Shown piece by piece: positions 52,555-64,000 of a DNA stretch of 64,000 bases (positions are counted from its first letter, which is position 1; every line of letters begins with the position of its first letter). The stretch lies in contig OZ024759.1 in the NCBI GenBank assembly GCA_964016885.1, positions 29,636,001 to 29,700,000 of the forward strand, written 5' to 3'. The translations under genes and the position numbers were made by a program. The notes below the pieces were generated by a model. The model ran no database searches. It was given only the letters and a program-made list of their open reading frames with translations, and had not been told where the DNA came from. The stretch comes from Eledone cirrhosa (lineage: Eukaryota).

Positions 52555-52651
52555 TTCGATTATTTTCATGTTATACCCTTTTTACTCGATTGTATGTAAA
52601 CTCCCCCCTTTGTATTTGTCCCTTCTTTTTATGCCTTTATGGTAAATAAAG

Positions 52652-52778
<127 letters not shown>

Positions 52779-52798
52779 CATATATATGTATATCTATA

Positions 52799-52836
<38 letters not shown>

Positions 52837-54567
52837 AATCACTACAGCATCCCAAAAGTCAGCTCAAAAGTGACACAGAGGAGACTGAGGTTGGCTGGAC
52901 ATGCTCACCGACATCCAGAGTTGACATTGCACTCAGTGCTCCTTTGGGAGCCCCTACATGGACACACTAGAAGAGGAAGACCAAGGTTAACATATGTTGA
53001 TGCCCTAAGGACAGACACTGGTCTGTTGGAGATGCAGGATATGGCAGCGATAATGAGGGACAGAGACCGCTGGAGAGAACTCGTCCATGGATCTCGGGAA
53101 TTTTACCCGCCTTAGATAGATAGATATATTAATCAATGTATTTTGTCTGAAGAGGACATGTTCTGGAGGACATATATACGAGTGGTAGTTAGTAAATTCG
53201 AAGTTATGGCATATATATATATATATACATATATTTATAATAGGGGTTTAAATCAATAACAAGTGATTTAAACGAATATATAGTTATCTACTTGCCTGGC
53301 CAAAAGCTGTCCCAAGTTGACCATAATGAAACTTTAAGGAAAATACATGGGCATATTTTGAAACCTAAGGTACAGATCAACTCTGGCAATCAGATATTAA
53401 TAACATAACAAATATATATATATAAACACACAGTCCACGCTGTAATGTGGCCATGTAGGTAACACGGTAAAAACCTCCCAGTTCCACACTGTAAATGTGG
53501 TTGGTGTTAGGAAGGGCATCCAGCCGGAGAAAACCCGCCAGACAGTCCTATGCGAGCAAGACAACCACTCTTGCCTCAAGTGGGAAAACTCCCGTCGAAA
53601 CCCATGCAAGCGTGGATTATGGACGTTAAACGATGATGATGATGATGATGATATATGTGTGTGTGTGTGTATGTGTGTGTGTGTATATATATATGCCTGA
53701 AATAATAATTTCAGGAAATCCCTCGAAATTCTTCATTAAATCCTTTGATGTTAAACCATACAAAACCAACTCTGGTTCTATGAAACAAAACCATCTATTT
53801 TAAAGGGTTTATAAATGTGTGTGTGTGTGTGTGTGTGTGAGGGTGTGGGTGGGTGTGGGGAGTGTATGCCACTGATAAAGAGTTGAACCAAAGGAAGCAG
53901 TGCTGATCAAATGACAGTAATTTCTATTTATATAGATAGATAGATAGAAATATATATGTCTATGGTTGTGAGAAGATAGAAGGGATATAGTTGTGGTGAT
54001 GGTGGTGATTGTGTTGGAGGCGATTGTGGTGGTGGTGGTGGTGGTGGTGGTGGTTGTAGTGGTGGTGGAGGCGATTGTGGTGGTGGTGGTGGAGGCGATT
54101 GTGGAGGAGGTGGTGGTAGTGATGGTGGTGATTGTGGTGGTGGTGGTAATGGTGGTGATAGTGGCGGTGGTGGTAGTGGTGGTGGTGGTGGTGGTGATTC
54201 TGGTGGTGGTGATGGAGGTAGTAGTAGTGCTGGAGGAGATTCTGGTGGTGGAGGTGGTGGTAGTGGTGGAGATAGGGCAAAGTTTTAATATTAATTTTGA
54301 ACAATATGAAAATGAAAATGATGTAAAACTAATTTAGTGGTCATTCGAAATGTTGCAGTCTGCAGATGAAATAAAAAGCCTGAAGATTATTAATGTCAGC
54401 TTGAGTCACACTGCTACCAATCACCGACACACCAGACAGTGCTAGCCAGGGATGGGCTGGTCTTAGAGAGAGAGACACATGTTGGATGATGATGTATGGG
54501 TGTATATATATTTGTGTGTAGATATGTATATATAAATGAATATAGATATTTGTACACATGTATGTCT

Positions 54568-54676
54568 ATATATAGACAAACACACACATACATGTGTTTT
54601 TATATTTTTATATATGTTTGTCTAGAAGAGGACATATAAATATAAATGTGTATATGTACACACACAAACACACACA

Positions 54677-54712
<36 letters not shown>

Positions 54713-54713
54713 T

Positions 54714-54800
<87 letters not shown>

Positions 54801-54917
54801 AACACACACATACATGTGTTTTTATATATGTATGTCTAGAAGAGGACATATACATATAAATGTGTATATGTACACACACACACACATACATACATACATA
54901 CATACAAACATACATAC

Positions 54918-54968
<51 letters not shown>

Positions 54969-55059
54969 AACACACACATACATGTGTTTTTATATATGTA
55001 GGTCTAGAAGAGGACATATACATATAAATGTGTATATGTACCCACACAAACACATACAC

Positions 55060-55142
<83 letters not shown>

Positions 55143-55271
55143 TATATATATATATATATATAGACAAACACACACATACATGTGTTTTTATATATGTAGG
55201 TCTAGAAGAGGACATATACATATAAATGTGTATATGTACACACACACACACATACATACATACATACATAC

Positions 55272-55344
<73 letters not shown>

Positions 55345-55425
55345 AACACACACATACATGTGTTTTTATATATGTAGGTCTAGAAGAGGACATATACATA
55401 TAAATGTGTATATGTACACACACAA

Positions 55426-55445
<20 letters not shown>
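54568..55445. repeat. ~170-220-bp tandem repeat of microsatellite-rich unit, about 5 copies
   Basis: tagacaaacacacacatacatgtgtttttatatatgtaggtctagaagaggacatatacatataaatgtgtatatgtac...(TA)n. Confidence 0.85.
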
Positions 55446-55458
<13 letters not shown>

Positions 55459-55600
55459 GTGTGCTAGAGAAGGAAGGAGATTTGATGTAACATACCATGA
55501 GTAATTAATGGTGGAGATAGCATAACCTCAATGGTAGCCATGTATTTCACTTCATTAATTTCCTCATTCCTCATAATTACATACATTTTTCAGATATATA

Positions 55601-55631
<31 letters not shown>

Positions 55632-55785
55632 CTATATATATTTATATCTAAATATATATGTTTACATGAACACACACACAAACACACATATATATATACA
55701 TTCACATATAAATATATATATATATTCACACATATATATATATACACACACCCACACATATATATATATATATATACACACCCAC

Positions 55786-55820
<35 letters not shown>

Positions 55821-55865
55821 TATATATATATATATTCACACATATATATACACACACACACACAC

Positions 55866-55896
<31 letters not shown>

Positions 55897-55987
55897 GACA
55901 CACACACACATATAAATATAATTATATGTATACATACATATACATACATGTATGCATGTATCTCTCTCTCTCCCTCTCTCTCTCTCC

Positions 55988-56077
<90 letters not shown>

Positions 56078-56336
56078 CCACACACAGATATATAAATAAA
56101 TATATATATATATATATACATATATACACGTTTGTAATAATTATATTTGTATGTGTTTGTGTACTAGATATATTTCAATATGGCAATGTAAACACAACCA
56201 TTATTATTAAGTAGACTCCATCTTCTAATACAATACATGTATATATTGAATTTGTGATTGGTCGGCTTAGTAATATGGCAAAAGACAGGAGGAACCACTG
56301 GTCGTGTGTGTGTATATAAATATATATATATATGTG

Positions 56337-56432
<96 letters not shown>

Positions 56433-56776
56433 GTGGAGGCACATGGCTTAGTGGTTAGAGCATTGGCCTTGCAATCAAAAGGTTGTGAGTTCAATTCTCA
56501 GACCGGGTGATGTGTTGTTTCCTTCAGCAAGACACTTTATTTCACATTGCTCCATTTTACTCAGCTGTAGAAATGAGATGATAGGGACTGGGGTCCCTAT
56601 CATTCCACTGTAAAGTGGTCGTGGAGGTGACACGGCAAAAAAGCACCCAACACTCACTGTAAATGAGGTTAGGTGTTAGGAAGGGCATCCAGCAGTAGAA
56701 ATCAAGCCAGAATCAGTTCCCGTCCCACCCTTGCAAGCAGGGAAAAAGTGGACGTAAAATGATGATGATGATGATG
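56433..56776 (+). mobile_element. Full-length tRNA-CORE SINE
   Basis: gtggaggcacatggcttagtggttagagc ... ggacgtaaaa(tga)n; another copy at 60540-60823 (-). Confidence 0.9.
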
Positions 56777-57014
56777 ATATATATATAGTGGTGGAACACT
56801 GGAAGGTAATATCCGTAGTGGTAGAGCACTCAGTCCATACCGAGAGAGAGAAACTGTTTGATAGAGATATATATATATAGAGAGAGAAACTGTTTGATAG
56901 GTAGATAGATAGAGAGAGAGAGAGAGAAACTGTGTTTGATAGATAGATAGATAGAGAGAGAGAAACTGTGTGCATGTATGAGAGAGAGGAATATATATCT
57001 ATATATATATAGAC

Positions 57015-57059
<45 letters not shown>

Positions 57060-57622
57060 CATACACAAACATAAATATTTATGTATTTACACATAAACAC
57101 ACACATATATATATATATATACACACACATGCACATATATATATATAGCAGGGAAAAGCTGACGTATGATGATGATAAATATATACTCACACAGACACAT
57201 AAATATATATAAATATACACAAGCATATATATAGAGACACACATACATATATACTCACACACGAACATAAATATATATATATACATACATACATAAGAAA
57301 TTATCTAATAGAAAGAGAGAGGGAGAGAGAAAGAGAGAGGGAGAGAGAAAGTAAGTGAGAGAGAGAAAGTAAGTGAGAGAGAGAGAGAAAGTAAGTGAGA
57401 GAGAGAGTGAAAGTAATAAACAGAGAGAAAAAAAAGTGGGCGAGAGAAGAGGAAATATAAAAAGACAGAATGAGCAAGATAGGAGAAAACAGATATATAT
57501 ACATATATATACATATATATATACACACACATATATATATATATATATTTTTGTATATATGTGGATGTATGTCGGGTTCAATCGGGGGTAACCACAAAGC
57601 AGAGTATAAATTTTTAATATAC

Positions 57623-57727
57623 AAATGGCTTCTACAGGGCTAGAACTGTTTCATTCGAAGGAAATCATTAGGAAAGCCCTGATGATTTCCTTTGAACGAA
57701 ACAGTTCTAGTCCTGTAGAAGCAATTT
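57623..57727. repeat. Head-to-head inverted pair of hammerhead motifs (family of 49231-49279)
   Basis: Right arm CTGATGA-tttcctttgaac-GAAA-cagttctagtcctg-TA-GAAGC; left arm is the reverse complement with CTAATGA. Confidence 0.68.
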
Positions 57728-57835
57728 CTCCCTCTCTCTCTCTATATATATATATACATATGTAAATGTATATATATGCATATGTATATATGTACACGTA
57801 TATATATATATATATATACATGTATATACATATAT

Positions 57836-58929
57836 CATCATCATCACCGTTTTACGTCCGTTCTTCCACGCTAGCATGGGTTAGACGGGTTGTCCTGTTG
57901 TGGGCAGTGTCTGGTCGGCTGACCATGCCTTGCTCATACAGGAACTGATCTGGCTTGATTTCTACAGCTGGATGCCCTTCCTAACACCAACCTCATTTAC
58001 AGTGAGTGCTGGGTGCTTTTTCGTGGCGCCTACACGTCCACTTTACAGTGTGGGCTGGGTGCTTTTTTGCCGTGGCACCTCCACGACCACCTTGCGGTGG
58101 GGGGGGGGGGCATATTGTTTATATGCTTCAGCATGTACCCATGGGAGGTCGGGTACCCTGTATTACTGCGTGACGCCAGAAGTCACGGTCGTGTGTCATT
58201 GACTTTGAGAGGTGTAGTTGGGTAAGGTCGGCTTTTATCACCTCATCCCAAGTCATCTTGGGTCTCCCCACTCCGCGGTTTCCATCAACTTCTAGTGCTC
58301 TGCACCTTTTTATGCAGCTGTCATCCTTCATACGCATCACATGTCCATACCAGCGTAACCGCCTCTCCTGCACGCAGCATTTGATTCCTCTTATGCTCAG
58401 TCTCTCTCTCAATTCATTTATGCTTTGTCGTTCACGTATATTACTGTTACACATCCATCGGAGCATGCAGGCTTCGTTTCTCTCTAATCTACGTAAGTCT
58501 TCCACCTTCAGCGCCCAGGTCTCACTACCATGCAACATCGCTGTTCGGATACACGCATCATACAGTCTGCCTTTCATTCTGAGGGAGAAGCCTTTTGCAG
58601 CTAGCAGTGGTAGTAGTTCCCTAAACTTCTTCCATCCCGTTCTTACCCTAGTTATTGTACTTTCTGAGCACCCACCTCCGTTGCTAATTCGGTCACCTAG
58701 GTAGCAGAAGCTGTCTACTGTTTCTACAGGGCCCTCCCAGAGATTGGTGGTACTTGTTTCCTGTGGCTGTTTGCTTGCTGTTTCAGCACAGCTGCTGCAT
58801 GTGAATCCTACATTCTTAATTAAGCTTCCTGAGATCCCGCTACATCTCTTGTGTACCCATTGTTTGCATTTGGGGCAAAGAATGGAGTTCCTACCTACAC
58901 CTTTCCTACATACTGAGCAAGGCCATTTC
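57836..58929 (-). mobile_element. 5'-truncated RTE-like LINE (PHD, C-terminus, 3' UTR)
   Basis: [32 protein letters not shown]...GRPKMTW; fragment of the same subfamily at 49318-49445. Confidence 0.92.
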
Positions 58930-59182
58930 ATAATACATATATATATGTATTTATATATATATGTATATATATATGGATAAGGCCATTTCAAATACATATA
59001 TATATGTATTTATATATATATGTATATATATATGGATATATAAATACATATATATATATAAATACATATATATATATATTTACATATACACATATATATA
59101 TATATATATTTATATAAATAACAAAGGAATGGACCATAACGCACCAGAGTACTCAATACTTGGGGTAGTAGAGTGGGAATAG

Positions 59183-59284
59183 GAAAAAGTATGACCCCGA
59201 CGGCAGAGCTCAAGCCGTTTCGACGGCTATTTCTGAAATAGCCGACGAAACGGCTTGAGCTCTGCCGTCGGGGTCATACTTTCT
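59183..59284. repeat. Inverted repeat of a hammerhead 3' half
   Basis: GAAA-cggct tgagctc tgccg-TC-ggggtc; related copy at 48881-48920 (-) with perfect stem III and GUC. Confidence 0.55.
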
Positions 59285-59357
<73 letters not shown>

Positions 59358-59452
59358 CTGTGTGTGTGTATGTGAGAAAGAGAGAGTTAGTGTGTGTGAG
59401 AGTGAGAGAGAGACTGTGTGTGTGTGTGTGTGAGAAAGAGAAAGTGTGTATG

Positions 59453-59501
<49 letters not shown>

Positions 59502-59710
59502 CTGTGTGTGACAGAAGGTAGATGAGTTCTAGGTTAAAGTAATTTGCTTGAACCCATCTGTACAAATTAAGGCAAATTATGTATAGACAGCAATGATTAT
59601 ATTATATAGACACACACATATATATACACACATATATATATATACATGTATGTATATATATATATATATACACATATCTATAGATATATATATATATATA
59701 TATATGTATG

Positions 59711-59742
<32 letters not shown>

Positions 59743-59746
59743 TATC

Positions 59747-59777
<31 letters not shown>

Positions 59778-59781
59778 CTAT

Positions 59782-59821
<40 letters not shown>

Positions 59822-59968
59822 CTATATATACATATACATATATATATATATACACTCCTTCTACCTGGAGTTGCGACCGATAGATAGTATTAGCAATTGG
59901 AAAGACCAATGGAAACATTGTTCCCTCGGTCCGATTTGACGAAAGTCAATCGACTGAAAAAATACATA

Positions 59969-60084
<116 letters not shown>

Positions 60085-60295
60085 TAATAACTCTTACAAA
60101 AGGGTGGGCTGAAAAGTTCATAGGCCGACTATGAAGGAGTGATGCTAGAGCTGTGAAATCTTGCATGCATTAATTTCAACTCTTTTTATAAATAACTGCA
60201 TTGTTTCTTTCCAGGGACTATGTTAAACAATAAACCTCATTTGGTCATTCCATGAGAGTATTTTGGTCAGCCTATGAACTTCAGCTGACCATTGA

Positions 60296-60325
<30 letters not shown>

Positions 60326-60327
<2 letters not shown>

Positions 60328-60445
60328 TAAAATAACAGATTAAAGTTTAAGCAAAGAATCGCTGCTTTCACTCTTAACGGGGTCTTCTGAAAGGGTGAAA
60401 GCACCGATTCTTTGCTTTAACTTTAATCTGTTATTTTAATAAATA
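60326..60445. repeat. Inverted pair of CAGAAGA-family hammerhead motifs
   Basis: Minus: TTT-CAGAAGA-ccccgttaagagt-GAAA-gcagcgattctttgc-TT-AAACT; the plus arm is the 3' half only. Confidence 0.6.
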
Positions 60446-60821
60446 TTTGCTCTATGGTTTTTATATATTTGATATATATTTATCCTTATCGAGCCCTCTT
60501 TGGATTTTAGTCTTCACTTTTATTATTATAACTATATAATCATCATCTTACGTCCACTTTACCCTGCTTGCAAGGGTGGGACGGGAACTGATTCTGGCTT
60601 GATTTCTACAGCTGGATGCCCTTCCTAACACCAACCTCATTTACAGTGAGTGCTGGGTGCTTTTTTTGCCATGGCACCTCCACGACCACTTTGCAGTGGA
60701 ATGATAGGGACCCCAGTCCCTATCATCTCATTTCTACAGCTGAGTAAACTGGAGCAATGTGAAATAAAGTGTCTTGCTCAAGGAAACAACACATCACCCG
60801 GTCTGAGAATTGAACTCACAA

Positions 60822-60859
<38 letters not shown>

Positions 60860-60944
60860 TAACAGATTAAAGTTTAAGCAAAGAATCGCTGCTTTCACCC
60901 TTATATATACAAACATATATATATATAAATATATATATATAAAC

Positions 60945-61055
<111 letters not shown>

Positions 61056-61072
61056 CATATATATATATAAAT

Positions 61073-61166
<94 letters not shown>

Positions 61167-61451
61167 CATATATATATATATATATATTAACGTCTATCCT
61201 CCATGCTAGCATGGGTTAGACGGGTCCCATTTAGAGGCAAGTTGGGTCAGGTGACCGTATCTCGCTCATATAGGGGTGTTTCTGGTTGGTTTTCTATGGT
61301 TGGATGCCCTTCCTAATGCCAACCGCATTGATAGTGTGTGGTGGGTGCTTTTTGCTGTGTCTTTTACATGTCCACTCTACAATGGGGGCTTAGTGGGTGC
61401 ATATATATATATATATATATATTTACATATATATATATATTTATATATATA

Positions 61452-61622
61452 TCATCATCAGCATCGTTTAACATGCATCTTTCACGCTAGCATGGGTTAG
61501 ACGGGAGTTGTCCCACTTGAGGCAAGGTTGGTTGGGTGACCATGTCTCGCTCATATAGGACTATCTGGCAGGCTTTCTACGGCTGGATGCCCTTCCTAAC
61601 ACCAACCACATTTACAGTGTGG
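61452..61622 (-). mobile_element. RTE-like 3' tail directly downstream of the 5S fragment
   Basis: ccacactgtaaatgtggttggtgttaggaagggcatccagccgtag...aacccatgctagcgtg...aaacgatgctgatgat; tail relatives at 17580-17750, 46922-47090, 61187-61400. Confidence 0.82.
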
Positions 61623-61629
61623 AAGCAGT

Positions 61630-61712
61630 AAATGCTTACGGCACCTAGGGTTCCCAAGAGGTCACCCATCTAAGTACTAACTAGGCTCGACGTTGCTTAA
61701 CTTCGGTGATCG
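61630..61712 (-). pseudogene. 5S rRNA-derived sequence (3' two-thirds)
   Basis: CGATCACCGAAGTTAAGCAACGTCGAGCCTAGTTAGTACTTAGATGGGTGACCTCTTGGGAACCCTAGGTGCCGTAAGCATTT resembles metazoan 5S from about nt 40 to 120 (A box, IE, C box). Confidence 0.88.
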
Positions 61713-61773
61713 TAGAGCACTCAGTCCATGGGACGAGTTAGGTAGAAGTAGTAACACAACAGTTAGTAGCCTT

Positions 61774-61834
<61 letters not shown>

Positions 61835-61841
61835 TAATATA

Positions 61842-61932
<91 letters not shown>

Positions 61933-62156
61933 GTGTGTGTGTGTCTATAGATAAATGACCAAGGAAAACAATGCTCAAATTATTGCAAGAGAGGTTATGC
62001 AGTATATCTAAAATTCCATACATTTAACATGTACTACACACACACACAGACACATATATATATATTTGTATATGCATACACTCACACACATATATATATG
62101 TATATATATACAAAAAGACACATACATATCCACACACACATATATATATACAGAGA

Positions 62157-62246
<90 letters not shown>

Positions 62247-62396
62247 GATTATGCTGTCTCTGTAAATATTAATATCTGTAGGCATCTATGTATGTATGTA
62301 TTTATATAAAGTATTTATATATAACATATAGTGTATATATATTTTGTACCTAGAATATATATATATATCATCATTATCATCATCATCATCATCATC

Positions 62397-62448
<52 letters not shown>

Positions 62449-62632
62449 ATGTTAATGTGGAAAATGGCTGCTAAATGATGATGATATGTATATACACACA
62501 CACACACACACACATATATATAAATATATATATATGTATAAATATATATATGTATGTACATATGTATATAAGTCTATGTATAAATAAATATATATATATG
62601 TATGTATTTATATAAGTGTTTATATAAGTGCA

Positions 62633-62663
<31 letters not shown>

Positions 62664-63124
62664 GTATGTATTCATATAAGTGCATATATATATAGATATA
62701 TACATACATATATATACATAAACCAATGGAATAGTTAATAAGCTGGTGAAATGATGATTATTTCCCTTCCGAAACCATCTCCAGTTAATTGTGAACCTAG
62801 AATCAACATAAATGACATCTAGATTATTTAATCTAGCAACATATATTCTAAGATGAGTTCATTTGATGACAATTTTTATGTATAATAATCATAATCATCA
62901 TCATCATCATCATCATCATCCTCATCATCATCATAACTGTCATTATTATTTTCATAATCAGCAGCATAATTGCCATCGTCATCATTACCATTGTTATTCT
63001 CATCATCGTCTTTACTATCCTCATCATTATTAATGTTATTATCATCATCATTAGCATCATCAGCATTATCTTGTTCTTGCTCTTGTTGTTGTTGTTGTTG
63101 TTCTTCTTCTTCTTCATCTTCTCC

Positions 63125-64000
63125 GCCCTCTTATTCCTGAGACAGAAACCTCAAACACTCCTTTCCAAGGGGTCTTCTCAGAAGCAACCATCGCCAACTG
63201 ATCAGGCTGGATCCCCAAGTGAGACCAGCCAAGCTCATGGATGTTATTCAACCATCTTACTCGGGGTCAACTCCTGGGTCTCCTACCTGTTGGTTATGAC
63301 TGTAAAATCTGTCCTGTGATTTTTTTCCTGAGACATTCTAACCACATGTCCATAATATTTGAGCTTTGATCTCTCAATTCAGAGAAGTAGTGGCTCTATC
63401 TGGAGACCCTCCAGCAATTGTTTCCTGAGACAGTCTAACCACATGTCCATAATATTTGAGCTTTGATCTCTCGATTCAGAGAAGTAGTGGCTCTATCTGG
63501 AGACCCTCCAGCAATTGTTTCCTGAGACATTCTAACCACATGTCCATAATATTTGAGCTTTGATCTCTCAATTCAGAGAAGTAGTGGCTCTATCTGGAGA
63601 CCCTCCAGCAATTGTTTCCTGAGACAGTCTAACCACATGTCCATAATATTTGAGCTTTGATCTCTCAATTCAGAGAAGTAGTGGCTCTATCTGGAGACCC
63701 TCCAGCAATTGTTTCCTGAGACATTCTAACCACATGTCCATAATATTTGAGCTTTGATCTCTCAATTCAGAGAAGTAGTGGCTCTATCTGGAGACCCTCC
63801 AGCAATTCTTTCCTGAGACATTCTAACCACATGTCCATAATATTTGAGCTTTGATCTCTCAATTCAGAGAAGTAGTGGCTCTATCTGGAGACCCTCCAGC
63901 AATTCTTTCCTGAGACATTCTAACCACATGTCCATAATATTTGAGCTTTGATCTCTCAATTCAGAGAAGTAGTGGCTCTATGTAGAGCAATACTCCAGCA
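63125..64000 (-). mobile_element. RTE-like LINE 3' fragment with 97-bp tandem array (about 7 copies, 63327 to window end)
   Basis: Same family and same segment as 39248-40350; unit cctgagacattctaaccacatgtccataatatttgagctttgatctctcaattcagagaagtagtggctctatctggagaccctccagcaattgttt. Confidence 0.9.

Noticed and set aside
53146-53205. CTGAAGA...GAAG as a hammerhead (likewise 30784, 7797, 14912, 7116-7166, 31180-31260)
   Set aside because: I could not build a complete core with all three stems; at most decayed remnants.
54341-54470. Unique-looking segment as a possible upstream GC exon
   Set aside because: No kinase-homology motifs in the frames read and no convincing splice sites; the next upstream exon probably lies beyond the window.
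56433-56512. tRNA gene
   Set aside because: A and B boxes are present but run into the SINE body; no acceptor stem or terminator.
61630-61712. Functional 5S rRNA gene
   Set aside because: The 5' third is missing, there is no T4 terminator, and it is fused to a retroposon tail.

Overview
This is eukaryotic, AT-rich, microsatellite-dense DNA. The SINE and LINE families suggest an octopod cephalopod (inference). The only host gene I can support is a membrane receptor guanylate cyclase on the minus strand. Three of its coding exons (52132-51961, 11043-10903, 1495-1372) splice in frame with GT-AG sites across introns of about 40.9 kb and 9.4 kb. They encode the end of the kinase-homology domain, the coiled-coil linker and the start of the cyclase domain. 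The rest is intronic: tRNA-CORE SINEs, tRNA-Meta SINEs, 5'-truncated RTE-like and L1/Tx1-like LINEs, MITEs, microsatellites and homogeneous tandem arrays built from TE pieces. The main unexplained signals are four. (1) About a dozen type-I hammerhead ribozyme motifs of Penelope pLTR style from several sequence families. They include copies sense to the pre-mRNA, a form with a ~100-115 nt stem II and a fixed CAGAAGA core variant. (2) A 5S rRNA fragment fused to a LINE 3' tail (SINE3-like). (3) The same LINE segment amplified independently into 99-bp and 97-bp arrays with hairpin junctions. (4) A PHD finger inside LINE ORF2. Most entries in the ORF track are microsatellite artefacts. All folding and alignment was done by eye; TE boundaries are approximate.
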